Below are positions 9,744 to 18,620 of a DNA stretch of 64,000 nucleotides, piece after piece. Location: assembly GCA_964642875.1 (NCBI GenBank), contig CAZXRF010000006.1, forward strand, positions 2,578 to 66,577. The letters are read 5' to 3'. A program made the translations under genes and the position numbers. The notes under the pieces are model-generated. The model saw nothing but the letters and a program-made list of their open reading frames with translations, ran no database searches and was not told the origin of the DNA. Position 1 is the stretch's first letter. Each line of letters begins with the position of its first letter. The stretch is from an uncultured Chitinophagales bacterium. GTDB lineage: Bacteria > Bacteroidota > Bacteroidia > Chitinophagales > JADIYW01.

Positions 9744-10019
9744 ATGCACGAAACATTCAAATACAATCTACTCAATAATTGGAATGCTGTACGCATTATC
9801 AGGTTAGTGCTCAGTATCATCATTATTGTTCAATCGGTGCAAATACACGATGCATTGTTTGGAGGCTTAGGAGCATTTTTCATGTATCAAGCATTATCAA
9901 ACACAGGCTGCTGCGGAGTGAGCGGATGTGCACCATCCACCATGAAATCTACTACAAATGCAGTAGAAGAAATTGAATTTACTGAAGTGAAAAACAATAA
10001 TCATGCAAACATCCAATAA
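9744..10019 (+). CDS. Small two-TM protein with a C-terminal GCCGVSGC motif
   Basis: 91 aa, 1-nt gap after the rhodanese and a 17-nt overlap with the trx start. It has two hydrophobic helices followed by 'NTGCCGVSGCAP'. Confidence 0.6.
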   Translation: MHETFKYNLLNNWNAVRIIRLVLSIIIIVQSVQIHDALFGGLGAFFMYQALSNTGCCGVSGCAPSTMKSTTNAVEEIEFTEVKNNNHANIQ

Positions 10020-10314
10020 AAAATCATTTGCTGAACTTATACAATCTGACAAACCCGTGTTGGTAGATTTCTATGCAGATTGGTGTGGTCCTTGTAAGGT
10101 AATGCACCCCTTATTAGAAGAGTTGAAAAAAAAGATGAACAACAACATTACCATACTCAAAATTAATGTAGATAAGAATGCACGTGTGTCAGCACAGTAC
10201 CATATTCAAAGTATTCCTACACTTATTTTGTTTAAAAACGGGCAAGCAAAATGGCGACAATCTGGAGTAGTTCCTGTAAAACAATTAGAACAAATCATCG
10301 CACAACATCAATAA
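10003..10314 (+). CDS. trxA: Thioredoxin
   Basis: 103 aa with 'WCGPCK' and 'IQSIPTLILFKNG'. Confidence 0.93.
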   Translation: MQTSNKKSFAELIQSDKPVLVDFYADWCGPCKVMHPLLEELKKKMNNNITILKINVDKNARVSAQYHIQSIPTLILFKNGQAKWRQSGVVPVKQLEQIIAQHQ

Positions 10315-10351
10315 ATTTTAAAAAATTAGTAAGAAAATTAAACAACAAAAC

Positions 10352-11050
10352 ATGAAATTATTCTCCTTCTTAGTAGCCGTAATGCTTTTTGCCGTATCGT
10401 GCAATTCACAAAATTCAGATCAAGTATTAAAAGCTACTGCTTTTAAAGATAAAATTGCTCAAACAAAAGATGCAGAAATATTAGACGTAAGAACACCGGA
10501 AGAGTATGCAGGTGGATTTATTGAAAATGCAAAAAACATCAATTATAATGGTTCAGAATTTAAAAGTGAAGTAGAAAAATTAGATAAAAATAAAACTTAT
10601 TTTGTCTATTGTTTGTCGGGCGCGCGCAGTGCATCTGCAGCAAGTTATATGCGTAGCAATGGCTTCAAACATGTTGTAAATTTAGAGGGCGGAATATTAG
10701 CATGGCAAGCACAAAACTTACCTTTAGTAGAAGGAACAACAGCGGCAGCAGCAGATAAAATATCGGCAGCAGAATATACACAAATGATAACTTCAGACAC
10801 CGCCGTTTTAGTAGATTATTATGCGCCGTGGTGCGCTCCTTGTTTGAAGATGAAACCTATGTTGGATGAAATTTCAAAGGAATATGCCGGCAAGGTAAAA
10901 GTAATCCGTTTGAACATTGATGAAAACAAAAGTTTAGCACAGCAACTCAATATTACAGCAATTCCGGTTTTGAAAAAATTTGAAAAAGGGAAAGAAACGT
11001 GGACACACGAAGGGTATATAGAAAAAACGGAGTTAGTAAAAGCTTTATAG
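10352..11050 (+). CDS. Lipoprotein fusing a rhodanese domain to a thioredoxin domain
   Basis: It has a signal/lipobox 'MLFAVSC', the rhodanese loop 'YCLSGARS', and a C-terminal 'WCAPC' thioredoxin fold ('AIPVLKKFEKG'). Confidence 0.88.
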   Translation: MKLFSFLVAVMLFAVSCNSQNSDQVLKATAFKDKIAQTKDAEILDVRTPEEYAGGFIENAKNINYNGSEFKSEVEKLDKNKTYFVYCLSGARSASAASYMRSNGFKHVVNLEGGILAWQAQNLPLVEGTTAAAADKISAAEYTQMITSDTAVLVDYYAPWCAPCLKMKPMLDEISKEYAGKVKVIRLNIDENKSLAQQLNITAIPVLKKFEKGKETWTHEGYIEKTELVKAL

Positions 11051-11079
11051 TTAGTATATATTTATTGGTTTTTGAAGTG

Positions 11080-11099
11080 AGCCTGCTTTATAGCGGGCT
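11080..11099 (+). terminator. Rho-independent terminator closing the rhodanese/thioredoxin block
   Basis: 8-bp stem AGCCTGCT/AGCGGGCT (one G-U pair) with a TTAT loop, followed by TTTTTATTTTA. Confidence 0.7.
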
Positions 11100-11140
11100 T
11101 TTTTATTTTATTAAAAATTTTGAGCACCAAAAAGACTGCA

Positions 11141-12325
11141 TTAAAACACAAATAATTTTCTACGTTTTACTTCTTGTTTCAGCAATTTTAGTTCACGCCC
11201 CATTTGTCCGGCTACGCTAGTATTTTCTTGTGCTCTGCGAATTAAATAAGGTATCACATCTTTCACTGGACCATAAGGCATATATTTACCGGCATTGTAG
11301 CCCTCTGCTGCCAAGTTAAAAGTAATTTGGTCACTCATTCCGAACAACTGCGAAAAATGAATATTGGGGTGGTTTTTAGGAATATTATTTTGCTCCATTA
11401 ATGTTGTAGCCAGCACGGTACTTTGCTCATTATGCGTAGCCACACATACCGCAACTGTGCTTATATTTTCGATAGCAAATTGTAATGCTGCATTGTAATC
11501 ATTATCCGTATTTTCTTTAGAGGATTGGATTGGATTTTCGTAATTAAATGCTTTAGCACGGTCGGCTTCTTTTTCCATATAAGCACCACGCACCAACTTT
11601 GCAGCGTAAATAATTCCTTCCTGATTTGCCCGTTGTACTTCTTGTTTAAAATATGCCAATCTATCTTTACGATACAGCTGAAAAGTATTGTAAATAATAG
11701 GCTTTTCGCGGTTAAACAGCTGCATCAATTCAAATGTCAAATCATCTAAGGGTTGTTGAATCCAACTTTCTTCGGCATCAACAAAAAGGCTTACATTGTT
11801 ATCGTAAGCTAATTTTGAAATGGAGTAAATTCTATCTTTTGCCTTACGATAAATCTCTTGTTCGTCTTTCGTCAAATCTTGTTTAGCATGCAATTTTTCT
11901 AATATAGAAAACGGAATCAAACCGGTGAATTTAGAAGAAACAATATCTACTGCATCATTTTTTGCTGCGAATAAAATTGCTTCTTTTATAGCTTTTTCCG
12001 TGCGTGCAAAATCAGCTTCACTTTCTTTACCTTCTACACCATAATCTAAAATGCATTTTACTTTATATTTATAGAGTTTATCAATTTTTCGGGTAGTTTG
12101 CTGTAAGTCATCCCCTCCACAAAATACAGCATACACTGTAGGTCGCATCCCAATGGCGATAGGTGTTTTAATACCTGCGTTTATTAATCCTGAAGCCATC
12201 GAAGTTCCCCATTTCACCAGCCACCCCTGATTGATTATCCGAAATATTTGGTAATCTCGAATAAGTTCTTTATTATTTTTATACGCAAATGCGGTTTGGG
12301 TGTTTTCAAAATTCAATGTTGCCAT
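11141..12325 (-). CDS. Proline dehydrogenase family protein
   Basis: 394 aa TIM-barrel PRODH pattern with 'KLVRGAYMEKE' and 'FSQLFGMSD'. Confidence 0.85.
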   Translation of the reverse strand: MATLNFENTQTAFAYKNNKELIRDYQIFRIINQGWLVKWGTSMASGLINAGIKTPIAIGMRPTVYAVFCGGDDLQQTTRKIDKLYKYKVKCILDYGVEGKESEADFARTEKAIKEAILFAAKNDAVDIVSSKFTGLIPFSILEKLHAKQDLTKDEQEIYRKAKDRIYSISKLAYDNNVSLFVDAEESWIQQPLDDLTFELMQLFNREKPIIYNTFQLYRKDRLAYFKQEVQRANQEGIIYAAKLVRGAYMEKEADRAKAFNYENPIQSSKENTDNDYNAALQFAIENISTVAVCVATHNEQSTVLATTLMEQNNIPKNHPNIHFSQLFGMSDQITFNLAAEGYNAGKYMPYGPVKDVIPYLIRRAQENTSVAGQMGRELKLLKQEVKRRKLFVF

Positions 12326-12407
12326 AACTCCAAATTATATTAGTAATTGGTAGTGTAAAATTAGAAATAATTACGATATACTATTTGTTTTTTTTCTTAT
12401 GCAACTA

Positions 12408-13151
12408 TCACAAGCTATTCCAAATTTGCCAGCTTCTTTCTGCTTGCAGGTACAGCATTTCTAAGCCATTTTTTGTTTGTGCACCGTTTGCTTTTCCCAA
12501 TTTTAAAAACTGTGTATCTTCGGGATTATAGACTAAATCATACAATAAAAAATGCTCCTTAATTTCTTCATAATTTATAGGCGGTGCAACATCTATATTT
12601 GGGTACATACCTACCGGTGTGGTATTAATAATTATGGTGTTTTTTTGTAAATAATTTACTGCATTTAATTCATCATACGTTATAGTGTGGGTTGATTTTT
12701 TCCTTGAAACATATTGGTAGGAAATGTGTAGTTTTTTCAACACATATTCTACTGCTTTAGAGGCCCCGCCTGTACCCAAAATTAGTGCAGAGGTATGATG
12801 TGGTTTTAGCAAAGGGCGCAAGCTCATCTCGAAGCCATAGCAATCAGAGTTATAGCCTATCTTTTTTCCATTATCAAATTTTATTGTATTTACTGCGCCT
12901 ATGGCATTAGCTACTTCATCTAAGGCATCTAAATATGGAATTACTTGCTCTTTGTAAGGTATGGTAACATTAAGACCTGCTAAATTTGGAAAGTTGGTGC
13001 AAAGTGGGATAATATCTTCTATTTTCTCTAGCGGGAAAATATCGTATTTGCAATCGGTGATGTTTTCTTTTAAAAATTTATCAGCAAAATATCCTTTGGA
13101 AAAAGAGTGTGACAAAGGATACCCAATCAAACCAAATTGTTTCATGTACAA
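12408..13151 (-). CDS. aroE: Shikimate 5-dehydrogenase
   Basis: 247 aa with 'GLIGYPLSHSFS', 'NVTIPYKE', 'AVNT' and 'LGTGGASKA'. Confidence 0.92.
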   Translation of the reverse strand: MYMKQFGLIGYPLSHSFSKGYFADKFLKENITDCKYDIFPLEKIEDIIPLCTNFPNLAGLNVTIPYKEQVIPYLDALDEVANAIGAVNTIKFDNGKKIGYNSDCYGFEMSLRPLLKPHHTSALILGTGGASKAVEYVLKKLHISYQYVSRKKSTHTITYDELNAVNYLQKNTIIINTTPVGMYPNIDVAPPINYEEIKEHFLLYDLVYNPEDTQFLKLGKANGAQTKNGLEMLYLQAERSWQIWNSL

Positions 13152-13157
13152 AAGTAA

Positions 13158-14573
13158 TTAAATATACTCTGATAAAATTCTTTGGATAAATAAATTTTCA
13201 TTCAATTCATCATTAAAATCAAAGAGAGTTTCGTATAATTCTGCATCTTCTTCGAGTAACATTCTCAAAAGCACTTCTCCTTCTTTATTTTTATTTTCCA
13301 TAAATGCGATAGCACAAATTGCATAATTTAATTCTATGGCAGATTTACATACTTCTGTGCCTTTCATCAATACTTCGCGAGCGGTTTCTGTATCGCCATT
13401 TACCGCCATTACTTTACCTAAAATAAAATAAGCTTCATAGCGGTTCATAAAAATATCTATTGCCGTTTCGCATGCATCTATTGCTACTTCAGTCTCACCG
13501 ATTTCAATTGCAGCACCTGCCATTGCCAAACAAAAATCGTATTGTTCTTTTTCGAGTTCATTTGCTTTCTGAAATGACTTATACGCCTGTTCCCATTGTC
13601 CATCTTGCTTATATGTTTCTCCTATTCTAAAATACACTTCCGACATGGAAGGATTATTGTGTACCGCCTTTCTATAGCAATAGCGTGCCATCTTAGTATT
13701 TCCTAAAGCTTCATGACATTTACCTTGAAGAAAGTATATTTCGTCATCAGCTTCAAAATTATCACTCAAGTCTTTTATTACTTCTAATGCTTTTGAGAAT
13801 TGACCATTTTTATAATGTAATTCCGCCATATCCTGATATACAAAATCAGCCTCCTCATCTATAGCTATTACATACTCAAAGGCGTCTATGGATTTTTCAT
13901 AAGCATCTAACCCACGATAAGCACATGCTAAATTATACCAAGCAAATTTACTATACGGATCTTTGTCTATTAATTGGAGAATGAACGGGATGCTTTCTTC
14001 AAATCTATCTGTAATTTCTACACAATAATTAAAACGATGAAGTGCTTCTTCATTTATAGGGTCTATTTCCAAGCACAATATCAGATAATTATATACTTCA
14101 AAGTACTTTTCCCAATCTTCATATATATCGCACATTTGTAAATATATATCCGGCAAATCTAACACATCAGCTGTTTCTATTATAGATTTTAGTATTTCTA
14201 TTGCTTCGCCATATCTCGATTGGAACGTAAAAATCTCCGATTTTAGCATATGTATATCTATATCCGAACTGTCATAGATTTCTGCTATATCCAATGTTTC
14301 CAATGCCTGCGCTAATTGTTTCAGATTGAAATGTACTTGCGCTTTTTTAAATAATAATGCAGCAGAATATGGATATTGTACAATAGATTTATTGGTTACT
14401 TCCAAGGCTACATCAAATCGGGATTGATGAAGATAATAATCTACGATAGCTTCATAGTCTTCTTCTTCAAAAAAAAGTGCTGCGTCTCTTTTGGAAGCAT
14501 TTTCATATTTTTTCACCAATTCCAATATATCTAACTGGTCTTCTGGTTCATTATCAAAGTCAAAATTACTCAT
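13158..14573 (-). CDS. Tetratricopeptide-repeat protein, acidic N-terminus
   Basis: 471 aa with repeated 34-aa A/Y/L TPR periodicity (e.g. 'AWYNLACAYRGLDAYEKSIDAFEYVIAID'). Confidence 0.8.
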   Translation of the reverse strand: MSNFDFDNEPEDQLDILELVKKYENASKRDAALFFEEEDYEAIVDYYLHQSRFDVALEVTNKSIVQYPYSAALLFKKAQVHFNLKQLAQALETLDIAEIYDSSDIDIHMLKSEIFTFQSRYGEAIEILKSIIETADVLDLPDIYLQMCDIYEDWEKYFEVYNYLILCLEIDPINEEALHRFNYCVEITDRFEESIPFILQLIDKDPYSKFAWYNLACAYRGLDAYEKSIDAFEYVIAIDEEADFVYQDMAELHYKNGQFSKALEVIKDLSDNFEADDEIYFLQGKCHEALGNTKMARYCYRKAVHNNPSMSEVYFRIGETYKQDGQWEQAYKSFQKANELEKEQYDFCLAMAGAAIEIGETEVAIDACETAIDIFMNRYEAYFILGKVMAVNGDTETAREVLMKGTEVCKSAIELNYAICAIAFMENKNKEGEVLLRMLLEEDAELYETLFDFNDELNENLFIQRILSEYI

Positions 14574-14596
14574 AGCTATAGTATTTTAGCATTCAT

Positions 14597-14633
14597 TTCC
14601 ACAATATCAAAGTTAATATTTAATATTGTGGAA
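14597..14633. promoter_or_regulatory. 11-bp perfect inverted repeat TTCCACAATAT-N15-ATATTGTGGAA in the divergent promoter region
   Basis: Read directly from the sequence. The 15-nt spacer contains a minus-strand TAACTTTG -7 box (14608-14615), 34 nt upstream of the TPR gene ATG. Confidence 0.5.
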
Positions 14634-14652
14634 GATTGTACGCAAAAGTTAA

Positions 14653-15990
14653 TTGTTAAAAATGAAATACAAATCAATATTTATTAACATTTTGGTAGTA
14701 TTTACCTATTCTTATGTTTATTCTCAAGATACAACTTCGGTTGAGATTATAAACAAAAATTCGGTAGATGTAGTTCATTATCCTAAATTACATACGCTCC
14801 AACAAAAATATTTGCATTGGGTAGATAAGAGAAATAAGGAATTTCCGTTTGCTGTACCTGCCATTGCCTACAACAAATACGATGGTGTGCAAGTGGGTGC
14901 TGCGATGATTAATATTAAACAACCTGTAAAGCATGTAGATTTTACGGCTTCTTTATTCTATGGCATCAAATCGAAAAAGGTAAATGGAACCGTAAATGTA
15001 GATTATTATATTACGCCAAAAAACAGTGTGGTTACACAGATAAAGCCAGGATTAAAATTCCAATCTTTTACCTATTACGATTTTATAAAACCACTTAAAT
15101 ATTATGCACTTCATCCTGAATTGTTATTGACCTTCAACCATCGAACGGAGAAATTAGAAAAATTGGAGCATCAACTAAAATTTACTTCACATATTATTTT
15201 AAAAAAAGATTTACAATATATACAAACGCTCTTGCCTCCACCACTATTTAAAGATACACTGACACGATATTATGTAAATGAACTTTCATATTCCTTTAAA
15301 CGAAAAGACGTAAATTTTCCGATAAGCATTACTTGGAGTTTGGAACAATCAGGAAGTTTTGTAAAAACAAATTTCGAGGCACAATCGTTTATTCGTTATC
15401 AATTAAAAAACAACAATACGGGAGTGCATTTTCGGTTGTTTATGGGTGCATTTCTATGGCGCAAAATTAAAAAACCCAATGCAGGATATTCATTATCCGG
15501 TTTTAATTATAACCTAACCGGAACGAGCGGCAGCAACGATTATAAGTTTGAAAATTATTATTTTGGTAGAAATGAAAATACCGGATTTATTGCTAATCAA
15601 ATTACTAATAATGACGGCTTTTTTAAAGTGGCGACACCGTTGCAATCTCCGGCTGTAGGGCAAACTGGAAATTTCATTTTTGCACTCAACACAGTAATCG
15701 ATTTTCCAATTGAGCACGTGCCTTTGAAATTATTCTTCGATATTGGATTTATTCAGGATAATGTATTAAATACCAATACGCCGCCAGCATTAAAACAATT
15801 TGCTTATGATGGTGGCATTATGTTTAGTTTTTTCAACAGAGGATTGGAGATTTATTTACCTCTATTTTATAGCAAAGAATTTAAAATGTATTACCAATCC
15901 AACGCGCCCAAATTTAAACAACGTATTACATTCTTGTTCGATTTACATCAACTAGAACTGCACAAGAAGATTAGAGGAATGAAATTTTAA
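14653..15990 (+). CDS. Secreted hypothetical protein, possibly an outer-membrane beta-barrel
   Basis: 445 aa with a signal-like N-terminus (probably from MKYKSIF at 14662). It is beta-rich with alternating polar/aromatic residues and ends in ...GMKF. No family recognised. Confidence 0.65.
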   Translation: MLKMKYKSIFINILVVFTYSYVYSQDTTSVEIINKNSVDVVHYPKLHTLQQKYLHWVDKRNKEFPFAVPAIAYNKYDGVQVGAAMINIKQPVKHVDFTASLFYGIKSKKVNGTVNVDYYITPKNSVVTQIKPGLKFQSFTYYDFIKPLKYYALHPELLLTFNHRTEKLEKLEHQLKFTSHIILKKDLQYIQTLLPPPLFKDTLTRYYVNELSYSFKRKDVNFPISITWSLEQSGSFVKTNFEAQSFIRYQLKNNNTGVHFRLFMGAFLWRKIKKPNAGYSLSGFNYNLTGTSGSNDYKFENYYFGRNENTGFIANQITNNDGFFKVATPLQSPAVGQTGNFIFALNTVIDFPIEHVPLKLFFDIGFIQDNVLNTNTPPALKQFAYDGGIMFSFFNRGLEIYLPLFYSKEFKMYYQSNAPKFKQRITFLFDLHQLELHKKIRGMKF

Positions 15991-16098
15991 AATTGACTTC
16001 TTACACTTAAAATATAACAAACAGTATGTGGAAGAAAGCAAATATGTGTTAATAATTCCAATACCGATTCCTATTATTAATTTTTTTATCTTTACAGC

Positions 16099-16686
16099 GT
16101 GAAGAAGGTGGAATTAGAAATCATCAATGTTACGCAGGGGTTCACCCAGCATCACTCTTATGCTGTATTATTGGGGGAGAAAAACGGCAAACGACGTCTG
16201 CCCATAGTCATCGGTGCTGCCGAAGCACAGGCCATAGTTGTGGCTATTGAAAACATGCCACCAACTCGCCCTCTAACGCATGATTTGATGAAAAATATAA
16301 TGGATACCTTCAATGTATTTTTGAGTGAAATCGTAATTACCAATTTGTTAGATGGAATATTTTATTCAAAATTGGTTTGTATTTTCAATGGAGAAGAACA
16401 TGAAATAGATTCTCGAACATCAGATGCACTTGCTTTAGCCGCCCGATTTGGTTGCCCTATTTACATTTATGGGAATATATTTGAAATGTCTGGAATTGTA
16501 TTAATGGAAGGTGCTGAAGTAGAAGAAACGGAGATAATGCAAGAACCAACCTCCAACACTTATACAGAAAAATCCGACTACTCCATTTACACACACAAAG
16601 AATTGGAAACACTGATGAACGAAGCCATAAATAATGAAGACTACGAAAAAGCGGCAGCAATCCGAGATGAACTAAGCAAACGATAA
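16099..16686 (+). CDS. Bifunctional nuclease family (DUF151) protein with a C-terminal UVR motif
   Basis: GTG start. It has 'RRLPIVIGAAEAQAI', 'RPLTHDL' and a C-terminal 'EDYEKAAAIRDEL' UvrB/C-like motif. Confidence 0.85.
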   Translation: MKKVELEIINVTQGFTQHHSYAVLLGEKNGKRRLPIVIGAAEAQAIVVAIENMPPTRPLTHDLMKNIMDTFNVFLSEIVITNLLDGIFYSKLVCIFNGEEHEIDSRTSDALALAARFGCPIYIYGNIFEMSGIVLMEGAEVEETEIMQEPTSNTYTEKSDYSIYTHKELETLMNEAINNEDYEKAAAIRDELSKR

Positions 16687-16710
16687 TTTATTGACTTTAT
16701 AAAATGAAAG

Positions 16711-16732
16711 ATGGCTGCTTAAGTGCAGCCAT
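16711..16732 (+). terminator. Rho-independent terminator
   Basis: ATGGCTGC/GCAGCCAT 8-bp stem with a TTAAGT loop, followed by ACTTTTTA. Confidence 0.7.
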
Positions 16733-16819
16733 ACTTTTTAGGGTAACTATGTTTCTTTGTTAAGTCAAAGTTAAGGAAATATTACTTACATAGTATTGAC
16801 AGATATCAAGAAATGAATA

Positions 16820-17776
16820 TTATTGTATTTTTTTTACGGCTTTTGCTTCTTCCAACATGTGCTGCTCTCCTTCTTCTATAGAGGTGATGTTTGCAAAATT
16901 ACCATTTCCCAAAGTAGCTAATTTTTGCAATTTTGTTTTTACATATTCCGTATTTTTTCCAAAACAAAATATGGAGAGTGAAATTTTCTTTTGTGTACCT
17001 GCGCTAATAATTTGTTGCATTTTTTTATACTCTTTTTCTCCAGATGAAAAAACACCATCACTGGCTAAAACAATCCTATTATTTCCATTTTGGATAAAAT
17101 TCTTTTGTGCAGTTTTATAAGCTTCATTCAATGCAATACCGCCTTGCGTGGTACTTCCAAAACTTAATTCATCTATTTTTTTGTAAATAAGCATTTTATC
17201 TTCTGCTTCCGTAGAAGCTAAAATTTCTTTTGCTGTATTAGAGAACGTCATAATGGCTACTTTATCGGTTGGGCGTAACTCATTTACCAAATATTTCATA
17301 GAAGCTTTTAATGCAGGCATCTTATCCGGTGCATTCATCGAAGAAGATACATCAATTAAAAAAATAAGATTGTTGGTGGCATAGCCCTCTAATCGATTCA
17401 CCTTAACAGGCAAAGGTTTTACTGTGTCTAATTGGGCGTTTTGTAAAATTAATTTGGGTGTTTTACTTTTCAAACTAAAATCAAATGTACAATCCTTAGT
17501 TACATGTATAAATCCATTTAATTTATAATAATCTTTTGCCTCTATTTCAATTCCATAATACCCTTCTGGAACAATAGCTGTTGTCTTTATTTCATATTTA
17601 CCCAAAGAATCGGTTAAATCAGAAAATGTAAACCCTTGAAAAAAGGAAATTTGTACATTAGCTACTTTCAGCGGTTGTTTAGTATCTATATCGGTTATAT
17701 TCCCCTTGATAAACATCCCATCTGCCCAAGCGGTAAGCATACAACAAGTAATAATTAAAGTAAAGAGGTTTTTCAT
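16820..17776 (-). CDS. Secreted von Willebrand factor A domain protein with an N-terminal carboxypeptidase-regulatory-like beta-sandwich
   Basis: MIDAS 'LIDVSSSMN'. The signal peptide starts at MKNLFTLIITCC (the ATG at 17776 is preferred over 17806). The N-terminal 'IKGNITD..T.QPL..ANV' is CarbopepD_reg-like. Confidence 0.8.
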   Translation of the reverse strand: MKNLFTLIITCCMLTAWADGMFIKGNITDIDTKQPLKVANVQISFFQGFTFSDLTDSLGKYEIKTTAIVPEGYYGIEIEAKDYYKLNGFIHVTKDCTFDFSLKSKTPKLILQNAQLDTVKPLPVKVNRLEGYATNNLIFLIDVSSSMNAPDKMPALKASMKYLVNELRPTDKVAIMTFSNTAKEILASTEAEDKMLIYKKIDELSFGSTTQGGIALNEAYKTAQKNFIQNGNNRIVLASDGVFSSGEKEYKKMQQIISAGTQKKISLSIFCFGKNTEYVKTKLQKLATLGNGNFANITSIEEGEQHMLEEAKAVKKIQ

Positions 17777-17870
17777 AATCTTATTTATAGGAGTAAAGTT
17801 ATACATTGTAATTTATATCGTAGTAATAAAAATTATGCTATTTTTAACTTGTGAAATATAAATATACCAG

Positions 17871-18620
17871 ATGAAAAAACACCTCACCTTTATTCTTGCA
17901 TTGTTGTTGCTAGTAAATAGCTTTGCGCAAGATTCGACACGGCGTCAAAGCATTTTGAAATTCCGTTTGAGCGTAGATATTCCTATCGGGTTAATCACTT
18001 TAGGAACGGGCGGTGCTGGTTTGATTTTACACAAAAAAAAGCATCCGCTGACGATGGAAGTAATCAACAATTTAAAACCATCGGATGTCAATAAATTTGA
18101 CAGATACTCCATCTATCAACACTCTAAAGCGGCAGCTATTGCGAGTGATGTGATTCAAATAACTGCAGCAGTAAGTCCTGCTTTATTATTCATCGACAAG
18201 GATATTCGGAAAGATTGGAAAACGGTATTACCCGTATGGATAGAAACATTTGCGCTTACTTCTTCTCTAACCTTATTTACCAAAGAATTAGCAAAACGCA
18301 CTCGCCCGTATGTATATTCAGATTATGGAAATGGCAATAAATACAGCAAAGATGCCCGTTCATCTTTCTGGTCGGGGCATACTGCAATTACGGCATCCAG
18401 CACCTTTTTTATTGCTATGATGTATAACGAATATCACCCTGACTCTCGGTGGAGACCATTGATGTGGACTGGCGCAGCTATTGTTCCGGCGTTAGTAGGT
18501 TTCACCCGTGTGAAAGCCGGCAAACATTACTGGACGGATGTGCTAACCGGCTATGCTGTTGGCGCATTAGTAGGTACACTTACGCCTTTTTTACATCGCA
18601 GAGAATTTAGAAAACACTAA
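17871..18620 (+). CDS. PAP2-family phosphatase
   Basis: It carries the three PAP2 motifs 'KELAKRTRP', 'WSGHT' and 'TRVKAGKHYWTDV'. Confidence 0.88.
   Translation: MKKHLTFILALLLLVNSFAQDSTRRQSILKFRLSVDIPIGLITLGTGGAGLILHKKKHPLTMEVINNLKPSDVNKFDRYSIYQHSKAAAIASDVIQITAAVSPALLFIDKDIRKDWKTVLPVWIETFALTSSLTLFTKELAKRTRPYVYSDYGNGNKYSKDARSSFWSGHTAITASSTFFIAMMYNEYHPDSRWRPLMWTGAAIVPALVGFTRVKAGKHYWTDVLTGYAVGALVGTLTPFLHRREFRKH

Noticed and set aside
9779-9976. 65-aa alternative-frame ORF inside the 91-aa membrane-protein gene.
   Set aside because: The other frame gives clean TM helices, the Cys motif and tight coupling to the neighbouring genes. This frame has no such features.
10999-11220. 73-aa plus-strand ORF running through the terminator at 11080-11099.
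   Set aside because: It reads across a strong hairpin/T-run and into the antisense of the proline dehydrogenase gene. It is likely spurious.
16766-16773. Minus-strand TAACTTTG -7-like box between the nuclease and vWA genes.
   Set aside because: No gene start lies downstream on that strand, so it would only drive antisense transcription of the nuclease gene. A chance match is plausible.
18617-18620. Convergent 4-nt overlap of the PAP2 and methyltransferase stop codons (CTAA), with no terminator between them.
   Set aside because: This is a real feature of the sequence but common in compact genomes. I have no evidence that it is functionally special.
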